Shown here one piece after another: positions 1 to 7,692 of a stretch of DNA of 39,285 nucleotides. Below the pieces are notes generated by a model. It saw nothing but the letters and a program-made list of their open reading frames with translations. It had not been told where the DNA came from and searched no databases. Each line of letters starts with the position of its first letter. Positions within the stretch are counted from its first letter, which is position 1. Source of the DNA: Candidatus Saccharimonadota bacterium (GTDB taxonomy: Bacteria; Patescibacteriota; Saccharimonadia; Saccharimonadales; UBA7683). Position numbers and translations under genes: made by a program. The stretch is from NCBI GenBank assembly GCA_018061375.1, contig JAGOUG010000002.1, positions 1-39,285 of the forward strand, in the 5' to 3' direction.

Positions 1-92
1 GGTTTTTTACCTCAATCACCCCCGCTCCAATCTCTTTATGGTTACCAGTATAACTGATATTTGAAGTAAATACTTAAGATTTAGTTATTTAG

Positions 93-878
93 TTACGGAC
101 GAAGGCTGCCAGCGAATACTTGCCATGCAAGCGCTGATTTAGCCACGAGGCTAAGAATAATATATGTGCGTTCACCGTACAAATAATCTCCCCATTTACC
201 TGTTTTTTTGTACTGTAACCACATATTTATTGCAAAGCTGTTGAAGAATACGAAGATGCTCGCGTAGATCCAGTAGACGAATGTTGGCACGCTGCCAGCA
301 CCGTAGTTTTCTGCTCCGAGTACGTAAATTAAGAACACAACCCACGGAATAATACCAAGTCCACAGCCAATCCAGAAGCTAACCCAATTAGTCTTCTTGG
401 TAGTTTGGTTCCATAGCTCCATAACAAGACCCATGAGGTTCATTCCCGCTACAAGTGCGAAGATCATGATGAGGCTAGAAAGATCATAGATTCCACTCAG
501 GAACGCAATCCCAACCATCATCGTGCTTGCTGAAAGTGAATATTCAATCCAGCGAGCTTTATTAATACCCTTTTTAAGATCACTCAGGTACTTCTTTTTA
601 TAGACAGTCGCAATAACAAAGTGTGCGATTGCAGACATAAACAAGAACGCTACCGTGAGTAATCCGAGCGATACCGTGAAGATCTCTTTGGAAGCCGGCA
701 CAAGCTGCTGATTGCCGTTAAGCGTTAAAAAGTTAGTTACAACCGGGAATGTCACATCAGTTAATAGCGATGTCATAATGACCGCCTGGACTAAATGCAG
801 TGTACCCGCAATTAGGTTAAATCGTACAAGATACTCGTCTGAAAACGCACTTTTTTTACGCCGCAAAAACTTAAACAT
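93..878 (-). CDS. heliorhodopsin (7-TM retinal-binding protein)
   Basis: 261-aa ORF. By-eye alignment to my remembered heliorhodopsin 48C12 sequence matches RWIEYSLSASTMMV (TM3 Glu counterion position), FWIGCGLGIIPWVVFLIYV, FFNSFAINMWLQYKKTGKW and ERTYIILSLVAKSALAWQVF (TM7 Schiff-base Lys). AGGAG lies 5 nt upstream of the ATG. Confidence 0.85.
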   Translation of the reverse strand: MFKFLRRKKSAFSDEYLVRFNLIAGTLHLVQAVIMTSLLTDVTFPVVTNFLTLNGNQQLVPASKEIFTVSLGLLTVAFLFMSAIAHFVIATVYKKKYLSDLKKGINKARWIEYSLSASTMMVGIAFLSGIYDLSSLIMIFALVAGMNLMGLVMELWNQTTKKTNWVSFWIGCGLGIIPWVVFLIYVLGAENYGAGSVPTFVYWIYASIFVFFNSFAINMWLQYKKTGKWGDYLYGERTYIILSLVAKSALAWQVFAGSLRP

Positions 879-969
879 CCATGCTCCTTATTTAGTTATA
901 CCCTATCATAAGCAATTTATAGGCTACTGTAAATATTTACCTACAGCGGGTTACCCCTAGCATTTCTAT

Positions 970-2130
970 CTATACAAGCACCTCTGTGGCATCAGGGTAA
1001 CTATTATAACCGTGGGCCGCCATAGAGGCACAATATGCACCCACACCACCGATCACTAACAAATCTCCGACTGCAGAAAGGGCTAAAGAACGTGGCCTTA
1101 GTACTTCTGCATCACCAGGCGCAGGCGTAAGTAAATCACCACTTTCACAGTTGTGTCCGACCACGACGTACTCGCGTTTCTCCTGAGCGCCACCCAGCGC
1201 ATAGATTGGATGTTGAGCACCGTATAGACTTGGCCGCAGAATATCATTCATGCCAGTATCAATCTTCAAAAACGTATAGCCATCTTCACCCGTATCAACA
1301 ATGTCCTTTATAGTAGTGACGAGCACCCCTGCATTGGCAGTCAAGAACGTTCCTGGCTCCAACTCCAAATGTAAGTTGCGTCCAGTTTCATCTGCAAAGG
1401 AAGCTAGCTCCTGAGCAAGACGGTCGCCAATCACCTGCATATCAGCGCCCGTTTCTTCTGGCATACGCGCCACCTTAAAGCCACCTCCTAGATTAAGAAT
1501 TAATGCATCCGGAAAATTCTTAATAAGTTCGAGGCTAATTTTAATAACTTCCTGCCATACCGCAGGATCCGTCCCTGAGCCAATGTGCGTATGTAGACGA
1601 TTGATAGTAAGTTGATATTTTTCGGCTATTTCATGAACTTGTTCGATATATTCATGCCATATTCCAAAACTACTTGTATGCCCACCAACATTTGTTTTAA
1701 CTGAGTGCCCAGAGCCAATACCAGGGTTAATACGTACACCTACATTACTGCCAGGATTCGCAGAACCATACGCTTCTAACTGCCGTAGGCTAGTGGCGTT
1801 AAATTGTATCCCTAATTCAACTAACTCTGGAAGGTTATGTGCTAACTCTTGGCTCGTCAAAAGTATATCGCTTGGCTTATAACCAAGCTCGATAGCCATA
1901 CTAGCCTCATAACCACTACTTGCATCAATATGAATATTCTGACTTTTCAAAACAGACAGTACATCAGGATTCGAATTTGCCTTCATGGCGTATCGAACCG
2001 TTAGTCCGAATGGAGCAGGAATAGCCAAAATCTGACGAGCTTGCTCCTCTAGTATGCTCTGCGAATACACGTACAACGGTGTGCCATGTTTTTTTGCTAA
2101 AGCCTCCGCTACGTTTTTGGTAAGTGTCAT
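970..2130 (-). CDS. lysA: diaminopimelate decarboxylase-like PLP-dependent decarboxylase
   Basis: 386 aa. PLP-lysine context RYAMKAN, plus HIGSG and GHNCESGD; CESGD is LysA-like rather than the ODC-like CDSxD. It lies directly downstream of lysS. Confidence 0.75.
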   Translation of the reverse strand: MTLTKNVAEALAKKHGTPLYVYSQSILEEQARQILAIPAPFGLTVRYAMKANSNPDVLSVLKSQNIHIDASSGYEASMAIELGYKPSDILLTSQELAHNLPELVELGIQFNATSLRQLEAYGSANPGSNVGVRINPGIGSGHSVKTNVGGHTSSFGIWHEYIEQVHEIAEKYQLTINRLHTHIGSGTDPAVWQEVIKISLELIKNFPDALILNLGGGFKVARMPEETGADMQVIGDRLAQELASFADETGRNLHLELEPGTFLTANAGVLVTTIKDIVDTGEDGYTFLKIDTGMNDILRPSLYGAQHPIYALGGAQEKREYVVVGHNCESGDLLTPAPGDAEVLRPRSLALSAVGDLLVIGGVGAYCASMAAHGYNSYPDATEVLV

Positions 2131-2144
2131 AATACCCCCATTCG

Positions 2145-3656
2145 CTATTCGAGTGTTATATCAGAATAGATCGATTTTGTGACATCATCAATATCGGCAC
2201 GGAGTTGTGGGAACGGAACTCCTTCGCGAGCGGTAACGCCTTCAAAAATCCAGAAGACTCGCTCAGAAAAACCAAGGCCACAAGCCGGCGGCATGCCGTA
2301 CTCAAGCATTTCTACATAGTCAATATCGAGCATCTGTGCTTCATCATCGCCACCATCTCGCATATTTTTTTGCTCCAAGAATCTACCGAGCTGATCTATC
2401 GGATCGTTAAGTTCACTCCAGCCGTTACATAATTCACTCCCTGCAATAACCGCCTGAAAACGTTGTACATAACGCGAATCGTTATCGTCAGCCTTGCTCA
2501 GTGGGGATATGAATAGCGGTGTATTAATCAACCAGACTGGACCAGCAACAGTTGCACGAACCTTCTTCCATAGTTTATCGATACCCCTCGATATATTTTC
2601 CGTCTTCTCAACTTCAAGTCCATGTTTTTTAAGTACAGCCTTCACTTCTTCAATCGTGCAATCAAACACCTCTAAGCCATAGTGATCACGAATAACCGTG
2701 GCGTAGTCCCATTTTTCCCATGGCTTACTCATATCTATGTCTTTGCCATCGAGGCTAAACTGAAGTGTGCCAAACGCAGCTTGGAGAACTTTCTTAAACA
2801 TAGCCTCCATCATTTTCATACCGTCCTGCCAGTCGGCATACGCCCAATACCATTCCATAGCTACGTGCTCAGGAAGGTGCTCGTCTGAATAATTCTCATT
2901 TCTAAAACGTGGACCTATATCAAAAACTTTTTCAAAGCCGGCACCAATAAGGCGCTTTAATGGTAGCTCGTGTGAGATGCGAAGGTAAAAATCTTGGTCG
3001 AGTGCGTCCATGTGTGTTACAAACGGATTCGCATCAGCTCCTCCAGTAGTATGTTCTAATACTGGTACATTCACTTCTATAAAGTCTTTTTCTAACAAGA
3101 AGTCACGGGTTGCCTGCCAAAATGTTGAACGGCGTACAAATCGCTGTCGGACGTCTTCATTTACGTTCATGTCTACATAGCGGCGACGCATTCGTTCTTC
3201 TTTATTGGTGAAGCCATCTTGCGCAGTCGGCATTGGTCGAAGTGATTTTGTAAGCAGACGTAATTTAATGACTTCAACTGAAATCTCGCCAGTCTTACTT
3301 TTAATTACATTTCCTGTGGCTTCAATAAAATCGCCTGGATCAAGCAAATTAAGTTGGTCCATAGTGAGTTCACTATTTGTTACATCTGCTTCAGAAACGT
3401 TGCCATCTCTAAAAAACAGCTGCACCGTTCCAGAAACATCCTTCAGCACTATAAATGCAAGCTTACCGAACTTTCTGATACCGATGATTCTACCGGCTGC
3501 GGTTACCTGTGTGCCCTCGAGTGAATCGAACGAATCAACAATCTCTTTTGTCAGGTGGGTTCGATGCGCCTGCGCAGGATATGGGTTAATACCGAGTGAT
3601 TTTAATTCTTCTAGTTTTCTAAGTCGCTCGTCGCGAAGTTCTTTCAAATTTGCCAT
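2145..3656 (-). CDS. lysS: lysyl-tRNA synthetase, class II
   Basis: 503 aa. N-terminal OB anticodon-binding region (GRIIGIRKFGKLAFIVLKD) followed by a class II core (FIEVNVPVLE, RISHELPLKRL, FRNE, GLGFSERV). An AGGAG overlaps the stop codon of the upstream ORF. Confidence 0.93.
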   Translation of the reverse strand: MANLKELRDERLRKLEELKSLGINPYPAQAHRTHLTKEIVDSFDSLEGTQVTAAGRIIGIRKFGKLAFIVLKDVSGTVQLFFRDGNVSEADVTNSELTMDQLNLLDPGDFIEATGNVIKSKTGEISVEVIKLRLLTKSLRPMPTAQDGFTNKEERMRRRYVDMNVNEDVRQRFVRRSTFWQATRDFLLEKDFIEVNVPVLEHTTGGADANPFVTHMDALDQDFYLRISHELPLKRLIGAGFEKVFDIGPRFRNENYSDEHLPEHVAMEWYWAYADWQDGMKMMEAMFKKVLQAAFGTLQFSLDGKDIDMSKPWEKWDYATVIRDHYGLEVFDCTIEEVKAVLKKHGLEVEKTENISRGIDKLWKKVRATVAGPVWLINTPLFISPLSKADDNDSRYVQRFQAVIAGSELCNGWSELNDPIDQLGRFLEQKNMRDGGDDEAQMLDIDYVEMLEYGMPPACGLGFSERVFWIFEGVTAREGVPFPQLRADIDDVTKSIYSDITLE

Positions 3657-3663
3657 ATGTCTC

Positions 3664-4014
3664 CTATTCTACCGCATCATCAGATGAAACACGAGTAGAT
3701 TCTGTGACTGGTTGCCACACCGCTACCGCCCTAACTGGATCAAACTCTTTTGGTGTAAATATAACGGGACCAATAATATTTGTGACCACATCTTCTCTGC
3801 GCCAATGATCAGCATGATAGATGATTTGAAGTCCAACCAGTTGCCCAATTGATTGCGTAGTCGCATTGACTCCAATGTACTGCGTTCTGGGCTCATAACC
3901 CCGAGCTCTTAGGTCTGACTCCTCGAGAGTTGCCTCCTCAAGACTCAAACTATCTATTCGGTCAACGCAGGCCTCGATATAATTTGCAAGTTGACGTCTT
4001 GTGTTATTACTCAT
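3664..4014 (-). CDS. hypothetical protein, paralogous segment shared with the upstream ORF
   Basis: 116-aa ORF whose start overlaps the upstream stop (ATGA). Its stop is 7 nt from the lysS ATG. I recognise no family. Confidence 0.6.
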   Translation of the reverse strand: MSNNTRRQLANYIEACVDRIDSLSLEEATLEESDLRARGYEPRTQYIGVNATTQSIGQLVGLQIIYHADHWRREDVVTNIIGPVIFTPKEFDPVRAVAVWQPVTESTRVSSDDAVE

Positions 4015-4736
4015 ACATTCTCCTGACTATTGCTAGCTGAACTTTCAGTAATAAATACTCCTAAAGTTACCACTTCGAACATGTCATCTCCAGCAGCAAA
4101 ATACGGTATTATGGCCCACTCGCCCCACTCTTCTGGTGAGCCATAATACTCATGCAGTGCATCAAAGGCGTCAAAGGCAAAGTCTTTAAGTAGCTTGTTG
4201 TGTGTACCTTCGCTGCATATCGAAGGAAGCCGAATCGGCAGAGAAAGCTCAACACTATGAATTGCTTTCATCTCATCTTCTAACATTTGTTTTGTTGCAA
4301 TAGTAATCTTTTCATTATCCCAACTAAGTACTTCTGCCATAGATTCGCGGATACGCTGATCATTAACCATACTTTGCGGCAGTGGATCACATACCCGTTT
4401 TTCTAAACGCAAACTATGCTGTCTTTCTTTACTTCGAGACGACTCTGGGTGTCTCCAGACTGCCACACCTCGTACTGGGCTATCAGACTCTTGCTGCAGT
4501 ATGACTGGGCCAACCTCATCATCGATTCTAATTTTTCCTCGAGACTCTCTTTTAAATAACTGAAGATCATCGGCGCCGTTTAGGCCAAAAGCCATGAATA
4601 TCACCTTTTGCCCGAGTGCTCTACGGCGGTTGTCTTCTGCAAGTGCAGCTTCAAAATCTAGTTCAGCGAGCATAGCTTGCTGCTCAAAAATAACGATCTG
4701 CCTCTCACCTACTGGTTGTACTTGTGTATGCTCCAC
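4011..4736 (-). CDS. hypothetical protein
   Basis: 241-aa ORF with a GTG start and AAGGAA 6 nt upstream. It shares the GPVI...PVR(A/G)VAVW segment with the 116-aa neighbour. I recognise no family. Confidence 0.6.
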   Translation of the reverse strand: MEHTQVQPVGERQIVIFEQQAMLAELDFEAALAEDNRRRALGQKVIFMAFGLNGADDLQLFKRESRGKIRIDDEVGPVILQQESDSPVRGVAVWRHPESSRSKERQHSLRLEKRVCDPLPQSMVNDQRIRESMAEVLSWDNEKITIATKQMLEDEMKAIHSVELSLPIRLPSICSEGTHNKLLKDFAFDAFDALHEYYGSPEEWGEWAIIPYFAAGDDMFEVVTLGVFITESSASNSQENV

Positions 4737-4753
4737 GTTATTTCCTTGTAATT

Positions 4754-4792
4754 AAAAACTCCCCGGCTTTTTGTCGTAGTGCCAGGGAGTTT
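4754..4792 (-). terminator. intrinsic-terminator-like hairpin inside the 5' leader, about 17 nt before the GTG of the 241-aa ORF
   Basis: On the minus strand, AAACUCCCUGG, a 15-nt loop, then CCGGGGAGUUU (11 bp with one G-U), followed by UUAAUU so that the run reads UUUUUAAUU. Confidence 0.55.
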
Positions 4793-4875
4793 ATAAAGTA
4801 TCAAAAGATGCTTCAGGCGCTACGACCGAAGCTTCGTCTTTGCAATGTTATTTTGAACTCTATTCATAATGTATA

Positions 4876-4905
4876 TTTATATCACTTATCTTACTTGCTT
4901 GTCAA
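4876..4905 (-). promoter_or_regulatory. candidate promoter of the unknown-ORFs/lysS/lysA operon
   Basis: On the minus strand, TTGACA (4905-4900), an 18-nt spacer, then TATAAA (4881-4876). Confidence 0.45.
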
Positions 4906-4913
4906 ACTAGTTC

Positions 4914-4985
4914 GTCATTCCTGCGAAGGCAGGAATCTTTAGGGAGTTATATTAGTTTAGAGATTCCTGCCTTCGCAGGAATGAC
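4914..4985. repeat. 72-bp compound palindrome immediately downstream of the greA stop
   Basis: Perfect 25-bp inverted arms GTCATTCCTGCGAAGGCAGGAATCT and AGATTCCTGCCTTCGCAGGAATGAC around a 22-nt spacer. Each arm is itself a hairpin: ATTCCTGC-GAAG-GCAGGAAT. Confidence 0.85.
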
Positions 4986-4989
4986 AAAG

Positions 4990-5445
4990 TTACTTGATTT
5001 CTTGAATTTCTACTGTTGTTTTGCCAGCTGGTAGATCTATTTCTACCTTATCACCTACTTTTTTGCCCATAAGTGCTCTACCGATTGGTGATTCGTCTGA
5101 AATCTTAGCTTCAAGTGGATTCGCTTCTACTGAATCTACGATGTTATAGGTAACCATTTTTCTACCGTTCTTAACGGTGACTGTGTTTCCAATGCCAACG
5201 CTTGAATTTGTACTTCGTTTCACAATTTCTGCGTTAGCAAGAATGTGCTCGATTTCTGAAATTCTATAATCGACGCGTTCTTGGTCTTCTTTAGCAGCAT
5301 GATACTCAGCGTTTTCGCTTAAATCACCTTGATCTCGAGCTGTTCGAATTGCATCAATAACATCAACAAGCTTTGCCTTTAAATCTGCAAGTTCTGACTG
5401 TAATTCTGTAACGCCTGTTTTGGTTAGTTGAAATTCTTTTTTCAT
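4990..5445 (-). CDS. greA: transcription elongation factor GreA
   Basis: MKKEFQLTKTGVTELQSELADLK coiled-coil N-domain, with AEYHAAKE and SPIGRALMGKKVGD in the C-domain. I place the start at ATG 5445 (AGAGGT RBS). The longer track ORF runs through a promoter and a hairpin. Confidence 0.9.
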   Translation of the reverse strand: MKKEFQLTKTGVTELQSELADLKAKLVDVIDAIRTARDQGDLSENAEYHAAKEDQERVDYRISEIEHILANAEIVKRSTNSSVGIGNTVTVKNGRKMVTYNIVDSVEANPLEAKISDESPIGRALMGKKVGDKVEIDLPAGKTTVEIQEIK

Positions 5446-5474
5446 AATAGTACCTCTATATTCCTTCGTGATGG

Positions 5475-5503
5475 TAAAAAATAAATACGTCTTTGACGTA
5501 TTT
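5475..5503 (-). terminator. intrinsic-terminator-like hairpin within the greA leader
   Basis: On the minus strand, AAAUACGUC-AAA-GACGUAUUU (9 bp) followed by AUUUUUU. It lies between the candidate promoter and the greA RBS. Confidence 0.55.
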
Positions 5504-5534
5504 GACCCTATGGGCCTATGTTCACCGTGCACAG

Positions 5535-5563
5535 ATTGTATCACCCTCAAATAGCTTTGTAAA
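5535..5563 (-). promoter_or_regulatory. candidate greA promoter
   Basis: On the minus strand, TTTACA, a 17-nt spacer, then TACAAT, with a TG at the extended -10 position. Confidence 0.5.
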
Positions 5564-5597
5564 CGGCAATTTCACTACATTTTGTGCATAAACGCAA

Positions 5598-5625
5598 GCA
5601 GGTACGCTATAGGTAGCGTACCTGC
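5598..5625 (-). terminator. stem-loop just downstream of the proS stop
   Basis: A perfect 12-bp stem GCAGGTACGCTA/TAGCGTACCTGC with a 4-nt loop. No clear U-tract follows. Confidence 0.45.
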
Positions 5626-5630
5626 GCTAC

Positions 5631-6884
5631 CTATAGTGCTACGTCTAGGAGCGTAAACAGTTCTTTTTTAGAGATCATATCTGATGTATCAGATTGTCGA
5701 GCCTTATATTCGTAAGAGTCTGAAGCTACTGTTTTAGCACTTACAACAATACGATGCGGAATACCCATTAAATCGGCATCGCCAAACTTTTGACCCGGCC
5801 GTACATCACGGTCATCATACAAAACCTCTACGCCAGCAGCCTCAAGCTCGGCGTACAGCGTATCTGCAGCAGTTACCACAGCCTCATCATCACCAAGCCG
5901 TGCCAAGTAAACTCTTGCAGGTGCAATGTTTTCTGGCCAGACTAGACCTGCTTCATCAGCAAATTTTTCAACAATTACGCCCATTACTCGAGTAATACCG
6001 AACCCGTATGAAGCAAGGTAGATTGGCTGTTGATTACCTGCATTGTCGGTGTATTTAATATTCATTTGTTCAGATTTATCTGTACCAAACTTAAAAATAT
6101 TTCCGACTTCTGCGCTCTTCATTTGCGTAAGCCCTTCCCTCGCAACACCAAGCTCTTTCGTGGCATCCTCAAGGACCTCTTCATTAACCGCAGTCTTTTT
6201 GTCTTCACTGACATAGAGAATGTCTTCACCGGCGTCACAAATAGTTTGAAATTCGTGACTATACTTCGTGAAGGCCCCACCTGCAGCAAAAGTTAAGAAG
6301 GTTTCGTCACCTATCCCAAGTCGTTCATACATACGAACATACGCATCAATAACCTTTTGGTAGTATGTATTCATGTCATCTTCGGTTGCATGGAGCGAAT
6401 ACATGTCTTTCATGACAAATTCTCGGCCACGCATAATACCGCTCTTGGCGCGTAGTTCGTTCCGAAGCTTCGTTTGAAATTGATAGACGCTGCAAGGGAG
6501 ATCTTTGTAACTTTTTACAAACTGGGTCATCATCTCCATGATTGCCTCTTCATGCGACCATGCGAAACCAATCTCAGTGCCATCCTTAAGTTCTGACTTG
6601 AACCAAACATCAACAACCTCGTCATCCCAACGTGAAGTCTTCTGCCATGTTTCTTTAGGTTGCAAGTTAGTCATAATGAGTTCCTGGCCGCCAATAGCAT
6701 TCATCTCTTCACGAACTACTTTTTTTATGTTCTCGAGCACCCGAAAGCCGAGTGGTGTATATGCGTATACTCCAGCCATAACTTTGTATACAAACCCTGC
6801 TCGGATTAACAACTGGGCATTTTTAGCAACCTCATCTGCGGGTGCGTCTTTAAGTGTTTTTGTAAATAATTGTGATAGTTTCAT
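5631..6884 (-). CDS. proS: prolyl-tRNA synthetase, short bacterial-type form without the INS editing domain
   Basis: 417 aa. Bacterial-type N-terminus (MKLSQLFTKTLKDAP), class II core, and a C-terminal anticodon-binding domain (VLYDDRDVRPGQKFGDADLMGIPHRIVV). The length leaves no room for the roughly 180-aa insertion domain. Confidence 0.88.
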   Translation of the reverse strand: MKLSQLFTKTLKDAPADEVAKNAQLLIRAGFVYKVMAGVYAYTPLGFRVLENIKKVVREEMNAIGGQELIMTNLQPKETWQKTSRWDDEVVDVWFKSELKDGTEIGFAWSHEEAIMEMMTQFVKSYKDLPCSVYQFQTKLRNELRAKSGIMRGREFVMKDMYSLHATEDDMNTYYQKVIDAYVRMYERLGIGDETFLTFAAGGAFTKYSHEFQTICDAGEDILYVSEDKKTAVNEEVLEDATKELGVAREGLTQMKSAEVGNIFKFGTDKSEQMNIKYTDNAGNQQPIYLASYGFGITRVMGVIVEKFADEAGLVWPENIAPARVYLARLGDDEAVVTAADTLYAELEAAGVEVLYDDRDVRPGQKFGDADLMGIPHRIVVSAKTVASDSYEYKARQSDTSDMISKKELFTLLDVAL

Positions 6885-6900
6885 GAATTCTCCGTTTTCT

Positions 6901-7692
6901 CTATTGTACCCTAAAATGGGTGCCTATCTCACCCGCAAGTGCCCTAGCAACAACATTCCGTTCTTTGCCATCGGCAATGTACGTTTCTACTCCTGATTCT
7001 CGGGCAATGGTTGCTGCACGTATTTTGGTAATCATGCCACCCCTTGAGGCATTGCTGCGTGAGTCTTCACCGAATGCAGCCACATCTTCAATTCTATCAA
7101 CAATTTTTATAAGCGACGATTCATCTTCTTTATTTACGCGAAGTCCGTTAATATCTGTGAGTAACAACAGTGTAACTTTACTACTAGCGTCTTGTTTTGC
7201 AATTTCAGCGGCAAGTGTTGCTGCAAGCGTATCATTGTCTCCAAACTCAATTTCCTCGTGGGTAATTACATCATTCTCATTTACGAGTACAATATCACCC
7301 TGCGTAAGTGCGTACAGTATTACACCTAGGGCTTCGTGCCGAGTAGATTGCCCACCGCCCAGTTCACGTCGAGTCAAAAGTGTTGAAAATACCACTTTAT
7401 CGCCAAATGCATAATCCCAGGCTGCGGCAACTTTAGGCCAGCCAATCCCTGCATGCCTCTGCTGCCCAACCATACTCCTAGCACGCTCGGTTGAACCGAC
7501 AGTAACCATACCTGCAGTGATTGCACCCGAAGAGACGATCACAATATCATAACCCTGCGCGCTACATGTCTGTAACTGAGATGCGATCGAACTAAATACG
7601 CTTAGGTTCAACTGTTCAATGCTTCCGCTTTTTTGTATTAACGTATTGGTGCCAACTTTTACGACTAAGATATTTTTGTTCTGATCATTCAT
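6901..7692 (-). CDS. proB: glutamate 5-kinase (no PUA domain)
   Basis: 263 aa in the amino-acid kinase fold. Motifs are ILVVKVGTNTL, VIVSSGAI, FGDNDTLAA and RGGMITKIRAA. Confidence 0.8.
   Translation of the reverse strand: MNDQNKNILVVKVGTNTLIQKSGSIEQLNLSVFSSIASQLQTCSAQGYDIVIVSSGAITAGMVTVGSTERARSMVGQQRHAGIGWPKVAAAWDYAFGDKVVFSTLLTRRELGGGQSTRHEALGVILYALTQGDIVLVNENDVITHEEIEFGDNDTLAATLAAEIAKQDASSKVTLLLLTDINGLRVNKEDESSLIKIVDRIEDVAAFGEDSRSNASRGGMITKIRAATIARESGVETYIADGKERNVVARALAGEIGTHFRVQ

Noticed and set aside
3205-3687. Long plus-strand ORFs in the track that lie antisense to well-supported minus-strand genes: 3205-3687, 6538-6996, 6920-7414, 7960-8352, 20964-21386, 22029-22394 and 28718-29176.
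   Set aside because: Each lies entirely within, or mostly overlaps, a gene with clear family motifs on the other strand. Their translations are low-complexity Ser/Pro/Thr-rich shadow frames with no motifs or RBS.
4914-4985. Identity of the compound palindrome with Neisseria dRS3/REP-type repeats (ATTCCC-N8-GGGAAT).
   Set aside because: There is only a formal resemblance (ATTCCTGC-GAAG-GCAGGAAT). The sequence differs, the taxon is unrelated, and only one copy is visible here.
4737-4989. A lysine riboswitch (L-box) or T-box upstream of the lysS operon.
   Set aside because: The predicted leader is only about 115-125 nt, while an L-box needs about 180 nt with five helices. I could not find the conserved L-box motifs I remember or a UGGNACC bulge. 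CUGGCAC occurs but lacks the flanking helices. I kept it as a generic attenuator candidate instead.
5446-5550. N-terminal extensions proposed by the ORF track for greA, and likewise for frr (10960-11010), map (37735-37752), the LCP gene (22631-22717), rpmE (14571-14588) and ftsA (36939-36944).
   Set aside because: The internal ATGs have proper RBSs and give canonical N-termini. The extensions run through promoters or hairpins, or overlap neighbouring genes.
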